IMG/VR virus record: IMGVR_UViG_3300028610_001064
Coordinates: 1-19,436 of that record
Strand: one strand, 5' to 3'
Length of the DNA stretch: 19,436 nt
Below, one piece after another: positions 8,255 through 16,458 of the stretch. The notes under the pieces were generated by a model. That model did not search any database. It saw only the letters and a program-made list of their open reading frames with translations, and was not told where the DNA came from. Position numbers and translations under genes: made by a program. Each line of letters opens with the position of its first letter. Position 1 is the stretch's first letter.

Positions 8255-8815
8255 ATGTCTATCGCAGCAATAACAGCAAAGGAAATATTTTTAAAAGAAG
8301 CAATTGCCTTTAAGAAGGAGTTTGCTGTGGGATTTGTACAATTTTTTGCCGGTTCTACTATCGATAACATTAAAGAACATGCTAAAGGAGCAATTGAGGG
8401 AATAACTATTCCCATAGAGAATGAACTTACTGCTATAGGCAATCAAATAACGGGAAGTGAGGGTTTAAACGATTTTATAGAATCCTTAAATATAACATTA
8501 CAAAATGCTATAAAAAAAATTATAGAGGATCCTAATATCACACTTTTACTGTTAGGTACTGGTTATTTTATCAATAAACTTACTGATAAAATAGAAGCTT
8601 TTCTCCAAGATCAGATTGATATGTTAGAACTATGGGCTTTGTGGATAGGGAACTTACCGCCCCCACCTACTCCTAATACTCCGGTGTTTGTTCTCCCTAC
8701 TCCCCCTGGAGGTTTTTTCCCTCCTCCGTCAGATTTTACATACCCCGTCATTATCGATTATCCCGGTGGTGACCCATGGTTACCTGGTGGTGGTGGTGGT
8801 TATGGATGGCATTGA
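8255..8815 (+). CDS. Helical tail-region protein with Pro/Gly-rich C-terminus (paralog B)
   Basis: Amphipathic helices, hydrophobic ITLLLLGTGYFI, WALWIGN, then a long Pro-rich tail. Confidence 0.7.
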   Translation: MSIAAITAKEIFLKEAIAFKKEFAVGFVQFFAGSTIDNIKEHAKGAIEGITIPIENELTAIGNQITGSEGLNDFIESLNITLQNAIKKIIEDPNITLLLLGTGYFINKLTDKIEAFLQDQIDMLELWALWIGNLPPPPTPNTPVFVLPTPPGGFFPPPSDFTYPVIIDYPGGDPWLPGGGGGYGWH

Positions 8816-8824
8816 GGTGATTAT

Positions 8825-9358
8825 ATGGCAACAGGTTTAGAAGATGGTAAGATATATCTACTTGAAACTGCGGGAGACTTAGGAGCAAAAACAAACTGGA
8901 TTGTTGCAGGATCGGGAGATCCAGATACTATAGATACTGAACAATTTACAGAAGGATTAACTCTATGTAAATTTAGTTTTCCTATGAAATTCGTTAAGAG
9001 AGGTAAAACAGGTATGGTCCCTTCTACTGCTAGCGGAGGTCTTACGGGAGTATCTAGGACAGCAAATAAATTTTATAATGCTATTATAATGGGTACTACT
9101 GCGACTAGGGCAGCCGGTTATTTAATAGGAGAATTCCTAATGGATGATAGGCATCATGTACCTGTATCAGCAACCTTTAAAGATTATTTTTTAGTTGTGT
9201 ATTATGGAACAAATGATCATGAGCCCTTTACTAATGTTGCTAATTCAAGACTTTCTTATGCCCCGGGAGTAGTCACCGATTTTGAGATCGCTTGGCGTTC
9301 GGATCAGCATATAAATTTAAATGTGAGATTAAACTGGTGGTCGGCATTCACTTCATAG
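8825..9358 (+). CDS. Putative distal tail or tail-tip protein
   Basis: 177-aa beta-rich ORF upstream of the large tail-tip gene; GAGGTGA RBS; function from synteny only. Confidence 0.5.
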   Translation: MATGLEDGKIYLLETAGDLGAKTNWIVAGSGDPDTIDTEQFTEGLTLCKFSFPMKFVKRGKTGMVPSTASGGLTGVSRTANKFYNAIIMGTTATRAAGYLIGEFLMDDRHHVPVSATFKDYFLVVYYGTNDHEPFTNVANSRLSYAPGVVTDFEIAWRSDQHINLNVRLNWWSAFTS

Positions 9359-9501
9359 AGATATTAGTTTTTATATTTATTATTTTTAGTATTATTTATC
9401 AAAATTATCTTTATTTTAAGAATAAACCTAATTTAGGGACTGCATTTGAGTGGATGGGATATGTATGTTTATTTGACATTATAATGAGGTTATTATGGTA
9501 G
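9337..9501 (+). CDS. Small membrane protein with two hydrophobic segments (holin-like size)
   Basis: ILVFIFIIFSIIY and WMGYVCLFDIIMRLLW; start uncertain (GTG 9337, or ATA 9355 overlapping the upstream TAG). Confidence 0.5.
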   Translation: MVGIHFIEILVFIFIIFSIIYQNYLYFKNKPNLGTAFEWMGYVCLFDIIMRLLW

Positions 9502-12500
9502 ACTGTAGAAGATTTGTAGATTTAGGAATAACAAGTGCAAGAAAACCCGCTAATACCCATTTATGGGTTGTGACTACGGCAGGCTATATCTATATTGTTG
9601 ATTCTGTAGATCCAACAAAGATATATAAATCAGAAGATAAATGTGCTACTTGGACGGAGATCGATGATAGGTTCTTTAATATTCAAGCTCTATTACTAGA
9701 TGAACCTAATAATAAACTGTATTATATTTGTAAGGGAGGAACAGACGTTGATGTTCGAGTTCTTACTCTATCAAATGATAATACTACTAGATATGATGAT
9801 TTTCCTGTAAACTCTGCTTTTGCGTTAGATCTTTTAAATGGAGCAGACCTTTTCCTAGCTAATTCTGGGACTCTATATGCCTTAGTATCGTATGAAGATA
9901 CAAATACTCCCTCCCAATATTTTACCGAAGTCTTTATTGATAATGCCGGGAATTTTGTATATGAGGATGGAGCAAGAGATTTTGTTCTAAGTACTAAAGA
10001 TATATCTTATACTGTTGTTATAGATGATGATGATGTATATTTCATTAGAGAAGAAACCAATGGACCTTTGGTATTTCTCTCTAAATTCGTTGCCTCTACA
10101 TCTACCTATACAGAAGAGCATAAGGCTCTGGGAGCTCTTCTTATGTCCGATTCTGAAAGTCAACAAGGGATAGCCTATGATGGATCCGATAACCTTCTAT
10201 TTATTTTGAAGGTTGGGGGGGTCGATAAATTATATAATTATAATATCACAGGGAATGCATTAACACAGATAGGCACTTATGACATAGCCTTAATGTTAGA
10301 TCGTAATAATATAGGAACAGCTCCTAATGAGCTGGAAAAGGCATTTGGTATTGCCGATAAGATTATTTATGAGATTAAGCCTAAGAGAGGTGGAGTTAAC
10401 CAATTACAAGATTTATCTAGTCAATTATCTGGAAATATTATCTGTATTAATGACCGATTTCTCCTAGCTGAAGATAATGGAACGTGGGATGTTTATGAAT
10501 GGATTAATGTAGCTATTGAGATGTCTAATCTCGTCTATACTGGTGGTATTGTCCCTATACCGAAGCTAGGCTCATTTCAAGTACACGATACCCTAAAGGA
10601 TAAATGGAGTGTAAAAGACTCCTTCAAATATTACGATGATAATGATGTGTTGGAAATATGGGCTAAAATTACAGAAGAATATGTAGATCTTTTTAATAAT
10701 TATCATTATGATTTTGATTTTTTCTCCAATGAAATGTATAGAACACCATACAATAAAGTCTATACCGCTGATAATACGGGAGAAAAACAAATAGATATGA
10801 TCGATAATGCCCTCGATTTTTGTTATCAGAGTTCTTCGATAGTTGCAACCGCAACCGATTGGTCTTATACATACACCAGAAATACTGCCTATTTAATGGA
10901 TTTAGGTAGATTCTTAGAAAGGCAAGTTCCTTATATAGAACCTGATTGTAAGACCTGGACTAAAGCCCATGACGGTTTGGGTAAGAATGCCCAGTACTAT
11001 CCCGGTACAGAGAATTTCAAGGAGGATGTTATAGGTTCTTTTCCTTCTGGTTGGAGTGATAATGATGGTGTTGATTGTGAAACTACTATAATCACTTCTT
11101 TTGACAATCATAGAAAGGTTATGCAGTTAGATGACCAAGGAGTAGGAGCCGCTAACCGATGTCAAGCCCACGTTAGCATTACCCAAGGATTAAATACTGA
11201 GATCGAATTCTGGCTTACTAAAGATTCTGTTGCCGCAAATACTATAGGAAGAGTATATATAAGAGAAGCTAGTGATATTTTAGTATATTTACAATGGGAT
11301 AATGATGATCTCGATTATTATGATGGTGCTTATAAAAGTATAAAAGATAATTTCTTGGTAGCTAACACACTCACCCATTTTAGAATCATATTAGATGATA
11401 CTGCAAATACTTTTGATTGTTATATTAATGGAGATTTAGAGGGAAATAATCTCGCTTATCTGAATAATTCTACTTCGGGAGCAGATGAATTTATTATTGT
11501 AACTGGCGATAACGATACAGGATATAAATGTTATTTAGATGCTTTAGGGATTTCTACCGATCCTACTTATATTATTGGGGATAATGTAGTGGCATGGACC
11601 TTAAACGATGGGAATCAAAACGTTCAAATGATTGATATACCTCGATTAGCCTTGGATAGAGGCGGTTATTTTAGTGGTAGTTTAGGAGTTACTAGAGCAA
11701 CAGTAAGATATAAAGACAATACGACTAGTACTAAGCCCACGATCCCCGCTAGTGGAAAGACCGCAGCCGAACTCTTAACAGGTATTATTGAACTTAAGGA
11801 GTTCCGGGATTCTAAGGTAGAAGATTCACCCGAAGCTGACCAACTAGCTACTAACCGCTATGATATTTTTACCTCTACTATTCAGTTTATAGGTCTTAGG
11901 GTAGAGGGTGAAGGGTTTCTTCAAGAGGGTAAAACCGTTTATCTTGAGAATACTGGACAGATAACTATTACAGCGGGACATTTTGTAATATTACGTTATA
12001 GGAGATGGCCTCTCCAAGATGTCACCAATATGGTAGTTTCTGATAATATTATATTCCCTTTTGAATTTAGTTCTTTTGGAGATACTACGAGATTACAGGT
12101 TCATAGTGCTAACTTACAGAGCTTCGAGAACCAAGCAGATATAATCGCTCATCTTACGAGAGAAGGAGGCTTAGCAGTAAGGCTTATTAATGAGACTGGA
12201 GCCGTATCTGTAAAAGGAAGCTTAGTAGAACCCCATACTAATGATAGATCGTTTGAACTTACTGATGGAGATTGTACTGAATGTTTTGGAGCTGTATATG
12301 AGGATGGTATAGCTGAAGGTGCTGAATGTTTAGTAGTTTTTGGAGGAAGAGTTCAAGTATTACTTAAAGATGCGACAGCTTCTACAACAAAGAACTGGGT
12401 AAAGACTTCAGACGTAGCAGGAAGGGCAGACGCTACAGGAGCCTCCCCCGCAGCAGCCCCACAACATTTCCAAGAGGTAGGGCACTGTATTGAAACTAAA

Positions 12501-12548
12501 GCGGCTGATACTGACGTATTAGCTTATATTATGATGCATTTCTTATGA
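9495..12548 (+). CDS. Large multidomain tail-tip/receptor-binding protein
   Basis: 1017 aa: N-terminal propeller-like region with Asp-box-like YKSEDKCATW, hub-like middle, ConA/LamG-like insert (IEFW, THFRIILD..ANTFDCYINGDL), small C-terminal beta domain. Confidence 0.7.
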   Translation: MVDCRRFVDLGITSARKPANTHLWVVTTAGYIYIVDSVDPTKIYKSEDKCATWTEIDDRFFNIQALLLDEPNNKLYYICKGGTDVDVRVLTLSNDNTTRYDDFPVNSAFALDLLNGADLFLANSGTLYALVSYEDTNTPSQYFTEVFIDNAGNFVYEDGARDFVLSTKDISYTVVIDDDDVYFIREETNGPLVFLSKFVASTSTYTEEHKALGALLMSDSESQQGIAYDGSDNLLFILKVGGVDKLYNYNITGNALTQIGTYDIALMLDRNNIGTAPNELEKAFGIADKIIYEIKPKRGGVNQLQDLSSQLSGNIICINDRFLLAEDNGTWDVYEWINVAIEMSNLVYTGGIVPIPKLGSFQVHDTLKDKWSVKDSFKYYDDNDVLEIWAKITEEYVDLFNNYHYDFDFFSNEMYRTPYNKVYTADNTGEKQIDMIDNALDFCYQSSSIVATATDWSYTYTRNTAYLMDLGRFLERQVPYIEPDCKTWTKAHDGLGKNAQYYPGTENFKEDVIGSFPSGWSDNDGVDCETTIITSFDNHRKVMQLDDQGVGAANRCQAHVSITQGLNTEIEFWLTKDSVAANTIGRVYIREASDILVYLQWDNDDLDYYDGAYKSIKDNFLVANTLTHFRIILDDTANTFDCYINGDLEGNNLAYLNNSTSGADEFIIVTGDNDTGYKCYLDALGISTDPTYIIGDNVVAWTLNDGNQNVQMIDIPRLALDRGGYFSGSLGVTRATVRYKDNTTSTKPTIPASGKTAAELLTGIIELKEFRDSKVEDSPEADQLATNRYDIFTSTIQFIGLRVEGEGFLQEGKTVYLENTGQITITAGHFVILRYRRWPLQDVTNMVVSDNIIFPFEFSSFGDTTRLQVHSANLQSFENQADIIAHLTREGGLAVRLINETGAVSVKGSLVEPHTNDRSFELTDGDCTECFGAVYEDGIAEGAECLVVFGGRVQVLLKDATASTTKNWVKTSDVAGRADATGASPAAAPQHFQEVGHCIETKAADTDVLAYIMMHFL

Positions 12549-12727
12549 CTAAAGATAAAACTATTAAAGTCGGAAGGGAAGAGCATAAGAAAATGAGAAA
12601 ATCAGCGGGGTATAAATATAAGTTTGAAGTTTCTGAACCCAAACCGTACGATCATTATAAATGGTTAGAATCATTATCTAAATTAAAGCTGGGAGGTGAC
12701 AAGACAAATGAGAATGAAAAAGTTTAG
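12545..12727 (+). CDS. 60-aa basic hypothetical protein
   Basis: ATGA overlap with the upstream gene. Confidence 0.65.
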   Translation: MTKDKTIKVGREEHKKMRKSAGYKYKFEVSEPKPYDHYKWLESLSKLKLGGDKTNENEKV

Positions 12728-12902
12728 GCAGATATTAGAACTGCTACCTGAAAGTGAGCAAAAAACAAAAGTTCTAGCTACTCTAAACGTTAAAGCTGAG
12801 AAGACCAAGAGTTTCATATTAAAATGTAAAAAAATAGGTAGATATTTAGTGGAAATCTATTTGATAATCAGTTATCTCATCCAGACGCTAGGGATTGTTT
12901 AA
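12708..12902 (+). CDS. Small protein with C-terminal hydrophobic helix
   Basis: GGAGGTGA RBS favours ATG 12708 over GTG 12696; ends YLVEIYLIISYLIQTLGIV; stop overlaps the stop of the convergent minus-strand ORF. Confidence 0.6.
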   Translation: MRMKKFRQILELLPESEQKTKVLATLNVKAEKTKSFILKCKKIGRYLVEIYLIISYLIQTLGIV

Positions 12903-13093
12903 TCTAACCCGCATTTTTTATCAAATCTAGCTATAAGCCCTGTAGAGTAGGGTTTGATAGGAGGAAAGCATGTTCCAAAATCAGTTACCCCATTCCAATA
13001 CCAAAAATAGAGTTTCTGTTTTTCCTTACTCCATTTATCATGAACTTCTTTATTTTCTTTCCTTATATCTTTTCCACATTCTTCACAACTCAT
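12899..13093 (-). CDS. 64-aa Cys-containing hypothetical protein
   Basis: CEECG at the N-terminus; GAGGT RBS; ATGA coupling. Confidence 0.7.
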   Translation of the reverse strand: MSCEECGKDIRKENKEVHDKWSKEKQKLYFWYWNGVTDFGTCFPPIKPYSTGLIARFDKKCGLD

Positions 13094-13212
13094 GTTTCAA
13101 CCTCTAACTTTTTTACTCTTTTCATTAATTTTAAATAGTTTTTATATTGATTGGTAGCTTTCTTTTCTATTTCTTTAATCTTTTCAAATAGTTGTTCTAT
13201 TAACTCTAACAT
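13090..13212 (-). CDS. 40-aa coiled-coil microprotein (not in track)
   Basis: AGGAGG RBS; MLELIEQLFEKIKEIEKKATNQYKNYLKLMKRVKKLEVET. Confidence 0.65.
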   Translation of the reverse strand: MLELIEQLFEKIKEIEKKATNQYKNYLKLMKRVKKLEVET

Positions 13213-13324
13213 TTATTTTTTCCTCCTTTTCATTTGGACATTCTTCAGGAAAAATATTACCATAATCCAAATATACTCTTAAACAATTCTTAAAGTAGGG
13301 GCACCTCGTTTCACAATCTATCAT
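13184..13324 (-). CDS. 46-aa Cys-rich microprotein (not in track)
   Basis: ATGA coupling; MIDCETRCPYFKNCLRVYLDYGNIFPEECPNEKEEKINVRVNRTTI. Confidence 0.65.
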   Translation of the reverse strand: MIDCETRCPYFKNCLRVYLDYGNIFPEECPNEKEEKINVRVNRTTI

Positions 13325-13512
13325 TTCATCAAATCCAATATGTCTATTATTTTCTGCACTAAATCTTCTCTAGGACCACGATGGGATCCTCCTCCCAAGT
13401 CCTTATAGAAGTTCCTTAATTTCTCTATGTTGACATTTTTTCGCAACCATTCCTTTTGTCTTCTTATCCTACCATACTCTCTATTATATTGTTTGCGATT
13501 TCTTGTCACCAT
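13321..13512 (-). CDS. 63-aa basic hypothetical protein
   Basis: GGAGG RBS; Arg-rich N-terminus. Confidence 0.7.
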   Translation of the reverse strand: MVTRNRKQYNREYGRIRRQKEWLRKNVNIEKLRNFYKDLGGGSHRGPREDLVQKIIDILDLMK

Positions 13513-13684
13513 TCTGTCTTCCCTCCCACTTCTGTATTAATTTTCTCAGAGGCTCAAAACCAAAAGGAATAAGAGAGGGAAATTCATTTAAAGAACATAG
13601 GTCTTGCAGGAACTCCGCGATTGAAGCTTTATAACCTTCCACATACCCATCATCATAAACTTCTTTCGCAAGTTTTTTATTCAT
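13484..13684 (-). CDS. 66-aa protein, paralog of 16673..16885
   Basis: Start reassigned to ATG 13684 after AGGAGGAG; shares AEFLxDL and RKxIxKWEGR with 16673..16885. Confidence 0.7.
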   Translation of the reverse strand: MNKKLAKEVYDDGYVEGYKASIAEFLQDLCSLNEFPSLIPFGFEPLRKLIQKWEGRQNGDKKSQTI

Positions 13685-14384
13685 CGTGCTCCTCCTTGTC
13701 GGTTGCGTCCGACAGCCGCTTATAAAGCTTTCTAAATATTCTCTGAAATTTCTTGGTATTCTTTGATTCAAAATAATCATCTAAAGCATTAAAGAAGTCC
13801 CGCAGCACCTCTTCTAAGGTTATGATTCTTGGCATGGCAACATTATGTCGGAAGTCTTTTAGCTCATCTACTCTGAGTCTATTCCTCTCAGTTAGTTCTT
13901 TCAGCTCCGGAATCTTTTCCTTTATGATATTTGCAAGATCTACCCACCACGTGTCATGAGCAAGTTTCTGTTCTGTAAATTGTTCTTTCAGCTCTTTACT
14001 ATTCTTATTAACAGCTTCTAATGTCTCGTTTCTAAATTTGCAAAACTTATTTCTCCATTGTTTAAGCTCTTTTTCTTGAAATCCATATAAATCATTCACT
14101 AATTTAACCCGCTTTTCGAGAGCCTCTAATCTCTCATTATAATTTGAATGCCCATTCACATTATATTTCTCCAAATTTGAAAGCTTCTTTTCGAGAGCCC
14201 CGATCCTTGGTTCAAGATTCTCTTTATGATAAAGTGCATGTCCTGTCTCATTCTCATATTTAATTTCAAGCTTCTGCTCCAACACTCCAAGTCTTCGCAC
14301 TATTTCTTGATAATCCTTAAGAACTAAATCACTCAACTCATTGTATTGTTTCTTTAGTTCTTCTTCCATATTAAAGTCGCTCAT
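13677..14384 (-). CDS. 235-aa coiled-coil protein ending in RLSDATDKEE
   Basis: Recurrent R[LI]xxLExx[LV] trimeric coiled-coil motifs (RLGVLEQKL, RIGALEKKL, RLEALEKRV, RIITLEEVL). Confidence 0.8.
   Translation of the reverse strand: MSDFNMEEELKKQYNELSDLVLKDYQEIVRRLGVLEQKLEIKYENETGHALYHKENLEPRIGALEKKLSNLEKYNVNGHSNYNERLEALEKRVKLVNDLYGFQEKELKQWRNKFCKFRNETLEAVNKNSKELKEQFTEQKLAHDTWWVDLANIIKEKIPELKELTERNRLRVDELKDFRHNVAMPRIITLEEVLRDFFNALDDYFESKNTKKFQRIFRKLYKRLSDATDKEEHDE
13689..13719 (-). repeat. Junction palindrome repeat, copy 1
   Basis: Minus strand GCGGC-TGTCGG-ACGCAA-CCGACA-AGGAGGAG; identical to 16688-16718. Confidence 0.95.
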
Positions 14385-14557
14385 GGGGTGTCCAACCTCT
14401 TTTCAAATAACTTAGGATAATGTTGGCATGTAAGTAGCCTCCAACCATGTTTATCTATCTCATATATTCCCATTTCAACCCTATAACTTAATTTTAGTTG
14501 TCCTATACACTCATTACATATACAGTCAATTAAGATTGGTTTAATTTTAGACACCAT
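14381..14557 (-). CDS. 58-aa Cys/His microprotein (not in track)
   Basis: GAGGTGA RBS; TAATG and ATGA coupling; CICNEC...TCQH. Confidence 0.65.
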   Translation of the reverse strand: MVSKIKPILIDCICNECIGQLKLSYRVEMGIYEIDKHGWRLLTCQHYPKLFEKRLDTP

Positions 14558-14673
14558 TAGGGTAATGTCACCTCTCTAAACTCGGGCTCCCACAGAGTCC
14601 AACTCAAGGTACTATAAATGAAGCCATGATCAACCGCCTCTAAATAATGGTAAAAATCCGGTACATCACTCAT
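14557..14673 (-). CDS. 38-aa hypothetical protein
   Basis: Start reassigned to ATG 14673 (GAGGT RBS, ATGA overlap); MSDVPDFYHYLEAVDHGFIYSTLSWTLWEPEFREVTLP. Confidence 0.6.
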   Translation of the reverse strand: MSDVPDFYHYLEAVDHGFIYSTLSWTLWEPEFREVTLP

Positions 14674-14759
14674 GGTGTATACCTCGCCATTGTAATACAT
14701 AAAAAAATTAAAAATATAGTAAATAACATCCATAAACAAAACTCTGTCTCATCGCTCAC
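14670..14759 (-). CDS. 29-aa single-TM peptide (not in track)
   Basis: GTGA overlap upstream and ATGA downstream; MSDETEFCLWMLFTIFLIFLCITMARYTP. Confidence 0.6.
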   Translation of the reverse strand: MSDETEFCLWMLFTIFLIFLCITMARYTP

Positions 14760-15040
14760 TCTAATCGCCTCACGATCCTATAAAGTTTTGATTGTCCTGG
14801 AATTCTAATCATATTATCATTTAATATTCCTTGATTAAGATCTTCTACTTTTACTACAAATTCTAAGTCTTTTTTAATTTGATTATTAATAGCATTTCTA
14901 ATACATTCTGCTATAGATGCGTAATATCCCCATTTTATAAGCTTTTCTATTGTTGTCCTTACTTTACGCGTAATATTGACAGTCATAACCAATAAAGCAT
15001 GATTAGTATTGTCCTTTGTCTCTAACCTTCTATTTCCCAT
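14756..15040 (-). CDS. Ribbon-helix-helix (CopG/Arc/MetJ) DNA-binding protein
   Basis: MTVNITRKVRTTIEKLIKWGYYASIAECIRNAI matches the archaeal RHH pattern (LxxxGxYxSxSExIRxAI). Confidence 0.85.
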   Translation of the reverse strand: MGNRRLETKDNTNHALLVMTVNITRKVRTTIEKLIKWGYYASIAECIRNAINNQIKKDLEFVVKVEDLNQGILNDNMIRIPGQSKLYRIVRRLE

Positions 15041-15568
15041 TTATTTCCACTCCAGTTTGCCTATAACCCATGCGGATTTTTCACTCACTATTACCCTCGT
15101 ACCCCCTTCCTTAATACTCTCTGTCCTAATAACAAACTGTTTAGCTAAAAAGGAACATTTGTTATCATAGCCTATGAGCTTGTAAGACTTACTAGAGTAG
15201 TCCGTACACTCTCGAACATCTACAAAGTTCTGAGTCTGTACTACTTTCGGCAAGGGCTTTGAGTCGGTTGGTACTGGCTTTTCAACCACTCTCGTAGGTT
15301 CTGCAGTTGGATTGGTCATCGATACAACCCTGTCCCCTACCCATGTATTTTGCCCACTTACTGATTTCTCACCCTCCCAAGCATTAGGAAAACCAGGACT
15401 ACTGATTCTTATCTTAGGTTTCTCCTCATCCTGTATGTTAAATAAATGTCTAGCTTGGTAAGCTTTAACAAAACCTTCGAGAGCTTCCGCAATCCTTTCC
15501 AGATAACCATTTCTCTTTTCTTGGGTATCATTATTAATACCCTCCCATGTAGGTTGATATTCACTCAT
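15041..15568 (-). CDS. 175-aa hypothetical protein
   Basis: Low-complexity linker and a compact beta-rich C-terminal domain; no confident family. Confidence 0.75.
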   Translation of the reverse strand: MSEYQPTWEGINNDTQEKRNGYLERIAEALEGFVKAYQARHLFNIQDEEKPKIRISSPGFPNAWEGEKSVSGQNTWVGDRVVSMTNPTAEPTRVVEKPVPTDSKPLPKVVQTQNFVDVRECTDYSSKSYKLIGYDNKCSFLAKQFVIRTESIKEGGTRVIVSEKSAWVIGKLEWK

Positions 15569-15744
15569 AATCTTAAGAACCCCTCTATATTGTTTCTAAG
15601 TTTTTGAGCATTTTCCGTATAGCCTAACCAACCAGTAAGGAACTCATATAGTTCATGATAACAATCATTTATATGGTCACACTCGTTTGTTTCACAATCT
15701 ATACTCTGATAATTCCCAATATTTAGTTTAATTGTTAATCTCAT
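15565..15744 (-). CDS. 59-aa hypothetical protein (not in track)
   Basis: ATGA coupling at both ends; MRLTIKLNIGNYQSIDCETNECDHINDCYHELYEF... Confidence 0.7.
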   Translation of the reverse strand: MRLTIKLNIGNYQSIDCETNECDHINDCYHELYEFLTGWLGYTENAQKLRNNIEGFLRL

Positions 15745-15911
15745 TTCAATAATGTCTCCAATACTTTTTTAAAACTTTTTATTTTAATTTCTCTCGAATC
15801 AAAAACCTCTTTACTTCGTATAAGAGAAGACTTTAGACTTTCATTCTCTCTCTCCATAAAAGAGACTTTTTCACGAATATAATTTCTAACAATTTTTAGT
15901 TCTTCACTCAT
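15741..15911 (-). CDS. 56-aa hypothetical protein (not in track)
   Basis: GGAGG RBS; ATGA coupling at both ends; MSEELKIVRNYIREKVSFMERENESLK... Confidence 0.7.
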   Translation of the reverse strand: MSEELKIVRNYIREKVSFMERENESLKSSLIRSKEVFDSREIKIKSFKKVLETLLK

Positions 15912-15923
15912 TTCAATTCCTCC
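15903..15923 (-). repeat. 21-bp junction repeat GGAGGAATTGAAATGAGTGAA, copy 1
   Basis: Identical to 16165-16185; contains RBS, stop and start. Confidence 0.9.
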
Positions 15924-16057
15924 TCTATATCAAGTTCCCAGTCCTCATCAATTAAGACTTGTCTAATTTTCTTCATAGTATCAATAATTTCTTGATACAT
16001 GCCTGGTCTTTTAAAAGATATTGTTAAAATTACTTCCACATTTGTTTTTACATTCAT
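15908..16057 (-). CDS. 49-aa hypothetical protein (not in track)
   Basis: GGAGG RBS; ATGA coupling; MNVKTNVEVILTISFKRPGMYQEIIDTMKKIRQVLIDEDWELDIEEELK. Confidence 0.7.
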   Translation of the reverse strand: MNVKTNVEVILTISFKRPGMYQEIIDTMKKIRQVLIDEDWELDIEEELK

Positions 16058-16173
16058 TTAATTTCATCCTCCATTAATATTTTTTTAACCGATTTCGGGT
16101 CTCGGGACGCTTTATCGGTTTTAAGACCATACTTTTCTTTAAATTCCTTACTAAACCCCTTCCATTCACTCAT
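16054..16173 (-). CDS. 39-aa hypothetical protein (not in track)
   Basis: GGAGG RBS; ATGA coupling; MSEWKGFSKEFKEKYGLKTDKASRDPKSVKKILMEDEIK. Confidence 0.65.
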   Translation of the reverse strand: MSEWKGFSKEFKEKYGLKTDKASRDPKSVKKILMEDEIK

Positions 16174-16185
16174 TTCAATTCCTCC
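16165..16185 (-). repeat. 21-bp junction repeat GGAGGAATTGAAATGAGTGAA, copy 2
   Basis: Identical to 15903-15923. Confidence 0.9.
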
Positions 16186-16331
16186 ACTTTATAATCCTCT
16201 AAATTTGCAATTATATGATCTCTCAATTCATTAAAAAACTCTTTTCCAACTGAGAAATCAAACAACATTTTCTTTGTAGTTAAATCCATCAATTGTAGAT
16301 GAATCCAACCATCTTTTTCAAATATTTTCAA
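16170..16331 (-). CDS. 53-aa hypothetical protein, TTG start (not in track)
   Basis: GGAGGT RBS 8 nt upstream of TTG; MKIFEKDGWIHLQLMDLTTKKMLFDFSVGKEFFNELRDHII... Confidence 0.65.
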   Translation of the reverse strand: MKIFEKDGWIHLQLMDLTTKKMLFDFSVGKEFFNELRDHIIANLEDYKVEELK

Positions 16332-16458
16332 TAAATTCTACCTCCAATATTTTTTTCATTCTTTTTTTATTTCTTTTTTTTAACTCTTTAATTTCTGATC
16401 CGGGAATTGCCAGTTTATCTCGCAACTGTTCACTTAAAAAATATATTTTATAGCTCAT
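16318..16458 (-). CDS. 46-aa basic hypothetical protein (not in track)
   Basis: ATGA coupling; MSYKIYFLSEQLRDKLAIPGSEIKELKKRNKKRMKKILEVEFIENI. Confidence 0.6.
   Translation of the reverse strand: MSYKIYFLSEQLRDKLAIPGSEIKELKKRNKKRMKKILEVEFIENI

Noticed and set aside
7780-8815. Programmed -1 frameshift of tail assembly chaperones
   Set aside because: A-rich slippery heptamers exist but are common in this AT-rich genome; the two ORFs do not overlap and each has its own start.
1439-11111. Minus-strand track ORFs inside the structural arm (1439..1660, 2243..2443, 2858..3535, 3953..4234, 5705..6022, 6124..6378, 8251..8442, 10593..10790, 10914..11111)
   Set aside because: They are antisense shadows of well-supported plus-strand genes, with Ser/Phe/Ile-rich composition typical of reverse-complemented coding DNA.
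9495-12548. Diversity-generating retroelement target in the tail-tip gene
   Set aside because: No reverse transcriptase and no template/variable repeat pair seen.
16087-16120. Hairpin AACCGAT-N20-ATCGGTT as a fifth copy of the junction module
   Set aside because: Different arms and no ACGCAA core; a single occurrence that may be chance.
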